Shown: positions 1 through 10,547, counted from the first letter of the stretch. The stretch is DNA of 21,277 bases from a bacterium (GCA_965233585.1 CBDDTI010000548.1:1-21277); one strand, 5' to 3'. Program-made: numbers and translations. The notes: generated by a model not told the origin, from the letters alone.

Positions 1-17
1 CTAAACCCTAAAACCCT
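1..17 (+). repeat. Telomere-like (CCCTAAA)n remnant
   Basis: Window starts CTAAACCCTAAAACCCT, about 2.5 imperfect copies of CCCTAAA (TTTAGGG type, known from dinoflagellates and plants). Too short to prove a chromosome end. Confidence 0.4.
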
Positions 18-2479
18 ATTTCTTTCAATAAAGATCAAATTTGAAAAGAAACAATAATTATTGAAAATTCTATTAATTTGATGAAAAAAATAAAATTCAA
101 TTTTGAAATTCTTTCAAAAATAATCTGATATTAGAAACAAAAACAACAATTTTTTTTTTCATATTTTGATTATATTCAACATAAATTCAATAAAATTGAA
201 ATATTTTTTTAAATTAAAAACCAATATTTATAAATAGATATAAAAAATCCGATTCAATATATTTCAATATTAATCTTGATCATACATATTTATATCAAAT
301 CATTTTTCATAGAATTTTTCTTCTTGAAAAATTATTCAATATCAAATATATTTCCCGGAATATAAAAATAAAAATATTTTACTTTAGATAGACATAACCA
401 ATCAAAAAACCAATTAATATATTATATATTTATTCTTTTTGTTTTTCAAATTTTATATAAATTATTATTTATATATATATTTTTTCTCAATATCAAATTG
501 AATAGAAAACATATATAAATTTAGAATATCTAAATTCATTTCTTTATTTATTTAATATTTTTTATTTCTTCATTTTTCAATTTTATTATTTTTTGAAAAA
601 TCTATTTAATATATTTATATACAAAATATTTTTAACCAATATTATTTTCAGAAAAAAAATCAAAAATCATATTTATCAAAATTGAAAATTTTCAAAAAAT
701 AAATATTTTTTATTCTTTTTTCAAAATCAAAAAAATACATTTATTTTTATAACAAAACCTTTCCAACAAATAGAAACAATATCTATTTGTCATATCAATT
801 GACAAATATATCTAGATAAATATAATTGATTTTAGGAAAATTTGACATATTAAAATATAATAAATATATATATAGATTATATCTTCAAATTATTCTAAAT
901 TTGATCCAATCAATATTCTATATATATCATGAAAAAATTGCTTCATTTTAATTTTTAAATATATAATTGAAAAAAACAAATATTATATTGAAAATCAATT
1001 ACAGATTATATAAAAAATTATTTTTGATATTTCTTTAATTAAAAAAGAATATATTTTGGAATAAAATCAAATAAGAAAAAAAAATCATTTTTATATAAGA
1101 GAAAGAATCAATTTCAATATAAAAAAAAGGAATATTCTTCTTTCCCAATAAATTCGAAATATAAAAAAAATCAAATTTGATTTTAATATCTGAAAATATT
1201 CTTAAAATTATTCTTGATTTTTTGAATAATTTGAAATGGAATCGTTTTTTATTTTGAAATTATTTATAAACACACTTTCAAGAAAAATAATGAATTATTT
1301 CTTTTGATTCAAATCAAAAATTTATATATCAATTTTTTATATTAAATTTGAAAATCGATATTTCATTATTTTGAAAAATTTCAATTCTTCGATATGTCCA
1401 CAAATATTTTGAATATATTTCTTTTTTTCATTTATTCTAATTTAAGAAATAATTTTAAATAATTTATTTCTATATCAAAAAAATATAATGAATAATAAAA
1501 TATATATGTTTAATTATTTTATCCCGATATTAAAAAAAATCAAATAGAAAATTATTATTATTTTTTTTATATCAAATATTATATTTTATCTTTTTTTCTT
1601 CACCATAATTCAAAAATGAATTATTTTAAAATCACGAATAAATAAATAATAAAATAATTAATTTTAATTAATAATTTAAAAATAAATAAATAAATATATA
1701 TATGTAATTTTGATTTTTCTGAAAATTGGAGAAATCATGAAAAAATGATACCGGTATATATATATATATATTGAATATAATTTATTTTTTATTTATTTTT
1801 ATTATATAATTTAATATTTTTAATATATGTATATTAATTTTTTTCTCCAGAAATTATTCCTTCATAAAACAATTCTTTACCTCCATAAAAATCTTAAAAT
1901 TTCTCAACAAAATCATCAAATATAATAACTAAAAAACATACTTATTATTTCTATTTTAAAATCTATCTAATTTTAAAAATTTCATATATTTCTTAATATT
2001 CGGTATTTAAAAAATAATAACAATATTTTTTAAAAAATCACCACTCAAAAATTATGCGATAAACCTGAATATTCTTCTTCTTATTTCAAATAATGGAAAT
2101 AATAATATATTTTAAACTTAGTTTTTATTAGAATTAAATTATGATTATTTATATTATGTGAATGTTTCTAGATTCATTAGAATCTGATTATTCATCCGAT
2201 TCTTTCATTAGCTTTAATATTTTTATTTTCAACTCTTATTATTAAAATTGGAAATAATATAAACTAATTTAATATTATTAATATCTTTGAAAATATATTT
2301 TCAGAAATTACATATTTTTATATATATATATATGATTTTTTCAAATTAAAATAGCTATTATTATTAATCTTTTTTATATTATTATATTTAATAATAATAT
2401 AATTTTCCTTCATTAAAAAACAACAATTATTTTTTATTCATTAAATTTCTTAAATATATTCAATTATTTTTTTCCATTA
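18..2479. other. Extremely AT-rich non-coding tract with skewed dinucleotide composition
   Basis: No ORF in the track. G is rare and nearly always followed by A; C is mostly preceded by T. Sharp boundary at 2480. Similar sequence resumes at 3845-4140. Confidence 0.9.
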
Positions 2480-2481
2480 TA

Positions 2482-3842
2482 CGATCAGGCCGCCTGGTTC
2501 GCCGTCGGCTGGAAAGGCATTTTTCTCAGGGCAGCCAAGGCAGACCTGCCGATATTCTTTGATCGCCATCAGAACTGTTTTCAGCCCTGCCTGGCGGGGA
2601 AGCGCCGCTGCTGCCAAGACCTGTGCATTGGCAGCTTTGCCTTTCTTTCGATAACGTAGCATTTCCACCCTGAAAACAATACGATAACGTAGCATTTCCA
2701 CCCTGAAAACAAAGCGATAATGTATATCCACCGTCATTACAAAATAATAACGTAACATTTCCATCCTGAAAATAAAACGATAACGTAAAATTTCCACCCT
2801 GAAAACAAAACGATAACGTAACATTTCCACCCTGAAAACAAAACGATAACGTAACATTTCCACCCTGAACACAAAGCGAAAACGTAGTAGCATTTCCACC
2901 CTGAAAAGAAAGCTATAACATAGCATTTCCAACCGGAAAACAAAGCGATAGCGTAGCATTTCCACCCTGAAAAGAAAATGATAACGTAAATTTCCACCCT
3001 GAATACAAAGCGGCAACGTAGCATTTCCATCCTGAAAACAAACCGATAACGCAACATTTCCGCCCTGAAAACAAAACGATAACATAGCATTTCCAGCCCG
3101 AACGCAAAGCGATAACATAACATTTCCACCCTGAACACAAAGCGATAGCGTAGCATTTCCACCCTGAAAAGAAAGCTATAACATAGCATTTCCAACCTCA
3201 AAACAAAGCGATAACGTAAGATTTCCACCCTAAAAACAAAATAATAACGTAACATTTCCACCCTGAACACAAAGCGATAACGTAGCATTTCCACCCTGAA
3301 CACAAAACGATAACGTAGCATTTCGACCCTGCATACAAAGCGATAACGTAGCATTTCCACCCTGACAAGAAAGCTATAACATAGCATTTCCAACCTAAAA
3401 ACTTTCCATCCTAAAAACAAACCAATAACGTAACATTTCCGCCCTAAAAACAAAACGATAACGTAGCATTTCCATCCTGAACACAAAGCGATAACGTGGC
3501 ATTTCCTCCCTAAACACAAAACAATAATGTAGCATTTCGACCCTAAATACAAAATAATAACAAAGCATTTCCACCCTGAAAACAATACAATAACGTAAAA
3601 TTTCCATCCTAAAAACAAAACGATAACGTAAGATTTCCACCCTAAAATCAAGCGATAACGTAGCATTTCCACCCTAACACAAAGCAATCACGTCATGTTT
3701 ACAAGCAACAAAACGCGCGCGACAAGACGTCATTACGCCCTCCCCCACCTGATTCCCTCTCCAAACCTCTCTGTCACCCGACCTCCCACCCAAACGCAAA
3801 ATAAATGCATGTCAAGCGACGGCGAACCAGCCGGCCTAAGCG
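2482..3842. mobile_element. Non-autonomous TIR DNA transposon (MITE-like, TA-flanked), 1361 bp
   Basis: Left end CGATCAGGCCGCCTGGTTCGCCGTCG (2482-2507) is the reverse complement of right end CGACGGCGAACCAGCCGGCCTAAGCG (3817-3842) at 23/26. TA lies immediately outside both ends (2480-2481, 3843-3844) and both ends coincide with abrupt GC shifts. Confidence 0.8.
2649..3685. repeat. 33-bp minisatellite, about 31 units
   Basis: Consensus CGATAACGTAGCATTTCCACCCTGAAAACAAAG; produces the 11-aa RVEMLRYRFVF periodicity in the ORF track. Confidence 0.95.
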
Positions 3843-4142
3843 TATATATATATATATATTTTTTTCAAAATAAATTTATTCTAATTTATTTCGTAATGTC
3901 AAAAAATACCCAATTCATTTCTGCAATTTATAATATTTATATCATAATATAAATGTCCCAATATTAAATATTTCATATCATCATTATAATTTACATCATT
4001 TTCCCAAAAAAGCATTTTATAAATTATAGTGCTTATGTTTTTAAAAATTTCAAAAAATATTCGCATACATTAAATTATATTAATTAATTAAATATTTTTC
4101 AATTCCAAAATTCCATATAAACAATATATATCAATATTACTA

Positions 4143-4700
4143 TTCTCATCACCGTCTTCCTCCGATTTCAAATATAATTCTTAATCTTATTCTCTTCCTC
4201 CCCCTAAACCTCATCATCCTCAAAATACCTCATCTTCCGTAACATCAAATATTATCATCCTTTCATCGCCTTCCTCAAAATTCTCATCCTCATCACCATC
4301 GTCCTCCTTCTCAATATCATCTTCCTCCTCCTACTTCTCATTATCCTCAACCTCCACCTCATCTTCCGCAACATTAACATTATCATTGATATCATCCTTT
4401 TCATCATCATCCTCCAAATTATCATCCTCACCATCATCATCCACCTCCTTCTCAGCATCATCATCATCATCCACCTTATCAATTTCCATGTCATCTTCTG
4501 CTTTATCATCCTCATCTTCATCCTTATCCTCCTCAAAATCATCGTCCTCAACATCATCATCCTCAACCTCATCGTTCTGCCCCTCATCATCCTCCCGCAA
4601 ATCCTCAACACCATAATCCGGAACATTATTATTGGCATCATGCTCATCATCATCATCATGATCATGATCATCATCATCATCAACAACATTGTTGTACATT
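4143..4700. repeat. TCA/TCC low-complexity trinucleotide tract (reads as poly-D/E on minus strand)
   Basis: Runs of TCATCA/TCCTCC. All frames give homopolymeric peptides and the acidic frame is broken by a stop at 4331. Confidence 0.8.
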
Positions 4701-4829
4701 ACTTTCCCACTTCCCCAAACTGTCTGAGGTCTCTTGCTGGGATATCTTTTTAATATTTTTTGTTTTTGTTGTTGTTCTTGTTGGGACGGATATTAGTTAT
4801 TGATGTTGTTCTTTTATTTTTCCCCAGAC

Positions 4830-5330
4830 AATGTGCCCGCCCTGAAGGGTTCAACAACTCCACGACCAGTTTCATGTTTTTCAGATGATTTTGCACTTGA
4901 TTTTCATGAAATTTGCGGCGGTGTTGATGAATTTTTCAGCGGTGGAGAGCACAGCATGGGTGATGCAGTTAAATACAAGTTGCATACGTTGTCCAAGCTT
5001 GACGACTTCGAGCACTATCATCAGAGGGTTGCAGACCAATTTGCTTTCCACTTGTATGATGTTGTGAACTGTGAAGGTGCATGCAACAGGTTCAAACGTT
5101 TTGGAGACTTGCAGAAGCCTTACAAACGTTCAAAAGATTTTCAGTTGTGGAGCCTTTCGAAAACTGTGGACTGTTGCAGTGATTTTCAGATATCTTGCAA
5201 TGTACGTGCAGTTTCAGCTTGCAGGCATGTTGACATCATCTTGGATTCAGGTTCAGATGTGACTTTGATACCCATGTTCATGTCAGATGTTGGATGTCAG
5301 GCGCCACAAAACTCAGAAACATACCTCAGA
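4830..5330 (+). pseudogene. LTR-retrotransposon polyprotein fragment with aspartic protease active-site motif
   Basis: Frame of ORF 4800..5525 contains VDIILDSGSDVTLIP (D-S-G at 5244-5252), a retropepsin-type motif. Coding-like sequence is cut at about 5331 by an inserted repeat. Confidence 0.7.
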
Positions 5331-5731
5331 GAGCGACGGAGACGGAGGGACACCGGAGGGACACCGGAGGGACACGCCAGAGCGTACATCCGACCCCTTG
5401 GCAGTGCACATTGTCCCACGCCTGCCACGCAAAAGTGGCGGAGACCAAGGGACACCGGAGGGACACCGGAGGGACACCGGAAAGACGCCAGGGCGTACAT
5501 CCGACCCCTTGGCAGTGCACATTGAGTGAGTGAGAGTGAGAGTGAGTCAGTAGTGAGTGAGTGAGTGAGTGAGTGAGAGAGAGTGGGTGAGTGAGTGAGT
5601 GAGTGAATGAGTGAGTGAGTGAGTGAGAGTGAGTGAGTGAGTGAGGACGGGGAGGAGGACGGGAGGAGGACGGGAGGAGGAGGAGGAAGAAGAGGCGCGG
5701 AGACAGAACTAAAAACAAAAACCCCACACGT
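5331..5731 (+). mobile_element. Interspersed repeat, GGAGGGACACC/(GAGT)n family, copy 1 (3' tip missing)
   Basis: GGAGGGACACC 11-mers, duplicated GCGTACATCCGACCCCTTGGCAGTGCACATTG, (GAGT)n, GGA-rich tract, ending AAAAACAAAAACCCCACACG. Homologous to 6807-7027. Confidence 0.8.
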
Positions 5732-5750
5732 GACAGACTCTGCGTTCAGT

Positions 5751-6282
5751 AACTCAAAGCCAATTGTCGAAGCTCCAACCGAAATAGTTAAACGGCTGCA
5801 GCAATGGTACATGTGCCTGTGTTTGCGATGTCCAGACAAGACACCCGGTGAAAAGAAACTGTACAACTGCAAGAATCAAGTCAATGCAATAGGCGCACAC
5901 ACGGACTCTGCCTCATCCTGTAAACCGCAAACGCAATGGAGAGAGACAACTGCTGGTTAACGCAGAAATTCAATAACTCAAAGCCAATTGCCGAGGCTCT
6001 GACCGAAATAGTTACACGGCTGCAGCAATGGTACATGTGTCTGTGTTGGTGATGTCAAAAGAAGACAACCGGTGAAAAGAATCTGTCCAACAGTAAGAAT
6101 CCAGTCAATGCAATATTCACAGACACACAAGGACCCTGCCTCATCCTGTAAACCGCATACGCAATGGAGAGAGACAACTGCTGGTTAACGCAGAAATGGG
6201 AGTAACTCAAAGCCAATCGCCGAGGCTCCGACCGAAATAATTAAACCGCTGCAGCAATGGTACGTGTGGCTCTGTGTGTGTG
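5751..6282. repeat. Diverged ~225-bp tandem repeat, about 2.3 copies
   Basis: AACTCAAAGCCAAT...GAAATA.TTA.AC.GCTGCAGCAATGGTAC recurs at 5751, 5975 and 6204. Confidence 0.9.
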
Positions 6283-6806
6283 TAACATCTGGATAGATGT
6301 AAAACTTCCTTCTTTTTTCTTCCCTCTTCTCCCTTTTTCAAATAATGCAGGGGGACTGGAGCCGATTTGCCTATCCAGTCCAACGAAGCTATGGCATTTC
6401 GGTGGATGAGTGGTCTGATCAACCACTTGTACCTGCATCATTTTTTGCGTCGTAGATTAATTTGTTTCTCATCTAATTTGCATGTTGCAGGATTCAGTTC
6501 CTGCCGGATCAATACAATGATCCATTCTTATTTAGTGTGATTCCTATGGTGACTCCGACATGGTGCCATAGGGCCATTTGAGGCAACCCTGTTTGGGGTG
6601 AGTGTCGACTGACTTGAATACCGAATTCACACATTTTAATCTGGTAATTCGTCTAAGTAAAGTGCAACAGTTGGCCTTACCGTTGTGCACCTTTTCACAA
6701 AGTCCCGCCGATCCGGCTGTCCCAGGGTTCCTCGCCAATTTACCTTTCTATCAGAGTGAAAGCGGTCGAAACCTTCAGAAACCTCGTTTTCTCTGCAGCT
6801 TCAGCT

Positions 6807-7027
6807 ACACCGGAGGGACACTGGAGGGACGCCAGGGCGTACATCCGACCCCTTGGCAGTGCACATTGAGTGAGTGAGTGAGTGGGTGGGGGAGAGAGAG
6901 AGAATGAGTGAGTGAGTGAGTGAGGAGGAGGACGGGGAGGAAGACGGGAGGAGGACAGGAGGAGGAGGAGGAAGAGGCGCGGAGACAGAACTAAAAACAA
7001 AAACCCAACACGCCAATGTGGGGAAAA
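6807..7027 (+). mobile_element. Interspersed repeat, GGAGGGACACC/(GAGT)n family, copy 2 (shorter at 5' end)
   Basis: Same order of modules as 5331-5731; ends AAAACCCAACACGCCAATGTGGGGAAAAA (hairpin plus A run). Confidence 0.8.
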
Positions 7028-7580
7028 ACGCCCTATAAAATAGAAAACTGGGTTTGTAAGGCCTTAAGTTTGGTGTCGCTTTTGGATTTTTTCCCAAACC
7101 GGCTGGACACAAACCAGGTACCATTCTATAGTAAAACCTTGCCTACCAACTTGCCCACTATAGAATCGCATGCCCAGGTTCTGTATTCTATAGGGTTTAT
7201 TCCGAGGAAAATTTTTTAATCATATATTAACAATTATATGTTTGATCCTCCTGGTTTTTTTTGCTGATAATTCTATGATTTAGTTTTCCTGGCAGCATTT
7301 TTAATAGTAATGTTGGAATTTTAAGTATTATAGTTCCATACCGTTTTAGCAAGAGTTATAAAAAATTAACAGATCCATCCTTCCGCTTTTATTTACCATT
7401 TTTAAAACCGAACGTCATTGCTATGATGTTTTTCCAATCAATATTTAATATCTAGAAATTATTTTTCTCAAATTATATAATTTTTAATTTTCCCGGAATC
7501 CTTTTTCCAAAAAAAATCCAAGCAAAAAAAACAAAAATTAAATTAGACGACGGGTAATCTGCGCGTATAGAAGAATACAT

Positions 7581-8468
7581 TTTCTCCCGAGTGCGTAGCA
7601 AGGTTCCCATTTCACTCTGGGGGTCTAGGGGCGGAGGGAATCTTCGCTCGACGCTGCCTAACCGTCCGCAGCCGTTCGCGCAATCCCTGTATGCCGTGCC
7701 TATAGGAAATTCTGCAGAAGGGGCCATTTTTGGAGGCTTCAAATGTCGCGTTGCTTCGTTTCGCGCAGCATGCGTGGCACTTCGTGACGTTCAGACATAT
7801 TTCGTAACGCGTCGAAAATCGTTTTTTTATAGCAGGCGAATTCTTGACGACATTTTCAGACGATAAGTTCCAGTTTTCGTGGCAAGCCCAATACTTTAGA
7901 CGTAGTCGTCGTCAGTTGCGTGGGAGGCGCAGTGCTTTAGACTCTAGACGTGTCGTTCTACGTATTTTGTGTGAATCGCATTGTCAGGGGATCGTCGTCA
8001 TTTTGCGTGGTAGGCGCAGTCTTTTAGACGTGTCGTCTTGCATGTTTTAGGCGAATCGCATTGTCAGGGTTGCATCAAGTGGCGACAAGGTGCAAATTCC
8101 GTGGTAAATACGGCACTTTATGAGATATAATGAAATTTAACGGAAACTTCGTACGAAATATCAATTTTAAGGTAGCAAGTTTTCGAATTCCAAAAAAAAA
8201 TGTAGAAACATATTGGTTTTAAAGCAACAAAATACCAAAATTAATGGAAATTTCTCTCGCACGAAATGCTCGTTTTAATACTTCCATGTGTTTCATATCG
8301 CATCTCTGATTTTCCCGTCTCGCCGTATCTATGGGGGAAGTTGCAAAATTGCTCCTTTTCGAAGGCCTCCAAGCACGTTCTCATAACGTTTTGCGTAACA
8401 AAGGCGGTCCTTTATAAGATTCCAATTTATTGAATAATGGGTCGGAAGTCATTTTGCGTAATAAGCAC
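7581..8468 (-). mobile_element. Decayed interspersed repeat with GTGGCAGGCG-type motifs
   Basis: Degenerate versions of CGTGGCAGGCGCAGTACTTTAGAC (intact at 17762) at 7878, 8007, 8100 and 8457, and of GGAAGTCTCGCACGAAATGC (intact near 11515) near 8246. Minus-strand terminus GGAACCTTGCTACGCACTCGGGAGAAAA at 7580-7607. Confidence 0.65.
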
Positions 8469-8649
8469 CCTATATATATATATATTAAAATTTAGATGTT
8501 GAAAAAAAACTCGACGACAGTTGGCCCGAGAGCGAACAAGATGTTTTTCAAGCAGTTCTGAGTATGGTAGTCGTAAAAATAGTCGGTGAATGGTTGGTGA
8601 ATTTTATATGAGCTATGGAGGGATAAGGTGTGAAAAGTAAGATTGATTA

Positions 8650-8860
8650 AGAAGAGGAGAGAGAGAGAAAGGGAGAGGGAGAGGGAGAGCGAGAGCGAGA
8701 GCGAGAGGGAGAGGGAGAGGGAGAGGGAGAGGGAGAGCGAGAGCGAGCGCGAGAGGGAGAGGGAGAGGGAGAGGGAGAGGGAGAGGGAGAGGGGGGAGGG
8801 AGGGAGAGGGAGAGGGAGAGAGAGAAAGAGGGGAGAGAGAGAGAAACAAAGGGAGATAGA
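8650..8860. repeat. Polypurine (GAGAGG/GAGAGC)n microsatellite
   Basis: Direct reading. Confidence 0.95.
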
Positions 8861-8880
8861 AAGAACACATGAAGAAATAT

Positions 8881-9010
8881 AATGTGAGCAACAAAAGTGC
8901 ACAGGAGGCTCAGTACCATGATGCTACGAATGACATGTGTTATCTCATTTTACTGTGGTAATTCCCACGCACATTGCCGAAAAAGCTCGGTACCATCATT
9001 CCGTGGATGT
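8881..9010 (+). repeat. Degenerate repeat with GCTCRGTACCATGATGC motif (block 1)
   Basis: Motif at 8908 and 8985 (77 bp apart); homologous to 13355-13610. Confidence 0.7.
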
Positions 9011-9019
9011 CCAGAAACG

Positions 9020-9455
9020 AGACGCTTTTATACAGAGACGCTTTTACACACAGAAGCTTTTACACACAGACGCTTTTACACACAGGAGCTTTTGCACACA
9101 GACTCCTTTACACACAGACGCTTTTACACACAGCTGCTTTTACACACAGACGCTTTTACACACGGACACTTTTACACACAGACTCTTTTACACACAGACA
9201 CTTTTACACACAGACGCTTTTACACATAAAGGCTTTTACACACAGAAGCTTTTACACACAGACACTTTTACACAGAGACGTTTTTACACACAGACCCTTT
9301 TACACACAGACACATTTACACGCAGAAGCTTTTACACCAAGACGCTTTTCCACACAGAAGCTTTTACACACAGACTCTTGTACACACAGACTCTTTACAC
9401 ACAAAACCCGTTACACGCAGGCGCTTTTACAGGCCGACGCTTTTACAACACATAC
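9020..9455. repeat. 16-bp minisatellite (CTTTTACACACAGACG)n, array 1
   Basis: Direct reading; same unit as 13960-14560. Confidence 0.95.
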
Positions 9456-9810
9456 CAACAGGAAATGATGCTTTGAAATCGCAGTGAAACGTCGTGGCTC
9501 AGAAGTGCCAACCTTAGTGCACAGCACAGCGCTGGACACATTCCAGTAATTTGATTTACTCCAAGACCAAAAACATCCATCAAAAACTCAGGCCGGCACC
9601 AAACTGGCGCAAGAGCCACCTCGGAAATTTCAGATTGCACGATCATGCATATAGTTGTTCACTCGTACCAAGATGAGATCGTCTGTCATCGAGTTAGATC
9701 ACACAAAAACATGTAGATCAACACTTTTCAACTGTACAAACAGGCAGCAGTTGGCTACTGATTTTGCAGGTTCGCCACGAACAGTTTCTCCAGACGAATA
9801 GTGGTGCAAA

Positions 9811-10547
9811 TTAATTTCCGCCCGCCGCACTCAGTTCCATGTGCCACTCGGTACGCAAACCTTCCAGCTTCCACAAAGCCTCCAATTAAGACATAGGGGC
9901 GATTGTGCCAAGGGCGCAAGGAAGGTCTTTTCCCAAGCAGCAACTGGACGGCATCCTCTGCAGAGTAGTTGTAACCCACGACGAGCCAAGCACATCATAA
10001 AGCCCCAGCGCTTCGATCGATGCCTCCAAAGCAATGGAAGAGCACGTGCATGGATTCGCCCCTGGTCACTGCCAGCATGGATTGTTTCCAGAGTTGGCCA
10101 CAAACAATTTTCCACTGTTCCAAAAAGAGCTACCAAGTCAGGGATTCGTTCCTCCCAACGGTGCGGCGGCTTCAATGTCGTGTCCTCCAAGTGACACTTG
10201 ATGTGAAAGACTTTTTCTTGCGGGAAATACCGCGCCCAATCCTTCGGGGCGCCTCGAATCTCCATTTCATTTGCGCACATGGTCACCACCACGGTGACCT
10301 TCACCGACAGAGTCTTGAAAATGTCTTCCAAGCTACACGCCGCTTTGATGCTTCCAAGCAACACCGATGCTCGATCCGTAGGTTTGCAGATCATGGCAGC
10401 GTCCAACGGCCACTGTTCTATGGCATTGAAATTTTAAGGGTGCTGACAGGTAATGCGGTCCAGGTCATTCCAACATTCTTTGTCGGCGTAAGCCCTCCTG
10501 ATATCTTCCTCTCGCGCCGCTCTCCACTCGCGAGCGCTGGTGGTCAT
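9811..10547 (-). pseudogene. Dual-specificity protein phosphatase (PTP/DSP, CX5R) pseudogene, intronless
   Basis: Manual translation from ATG 10547 (context GCCACCATG): MTTSAREW...QHP*NF...VLLGSIKAA...VTVVVTMC...HIKCHLED...; frameshift in the A-run near 10122-10126; ...HVLFHCFGGIDRSAGAL*CAWLVVGYNYSAEDAVQLLLGKRPSLRPW...YV; apparent 4-bp insertion near 9886-9889; LEALWKLE...GGN* (stop 9811-9813). HCxxGxxRS at 10010-10036; in-frame stops at 10434-10436 and 9995-9997. Confidence 0.85.

Noticed and set aside
18..2479. Organellar (mitochondrial/plastid) insertion or bisulfite-type conversion
   Set aside because: No ORF, rRNA or tRNA recognisable; both C and G are depleted with TpC/GpA spared, which one-strand bisulfite conversion would not produce.
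2477..3687. Long ORFs with RVEMLRYRFVF repeats
   Set aside because: By-product of a 33-bp minisatellite; frames shift repeatedly at unit indels.
4255..4699. Acidic, poly-M and poly-S ORFs
   Set aside because: Trinucleotide low complexity, open in several frames, no domain.
6300..6806. Possible exon(s) in unique sequence (minus-strand AG/GTAAAT donor-like site near 6742)
   Set aside because: No recognisable protein similarity or partner exons; cannot be supported from sequence alone.
8897..9476. HTDAFT/FYTQ repeat proteins (also 13898-14743)
   Set aside because: All frames of a 16-bp minisatellite are open; not evidence of coding.
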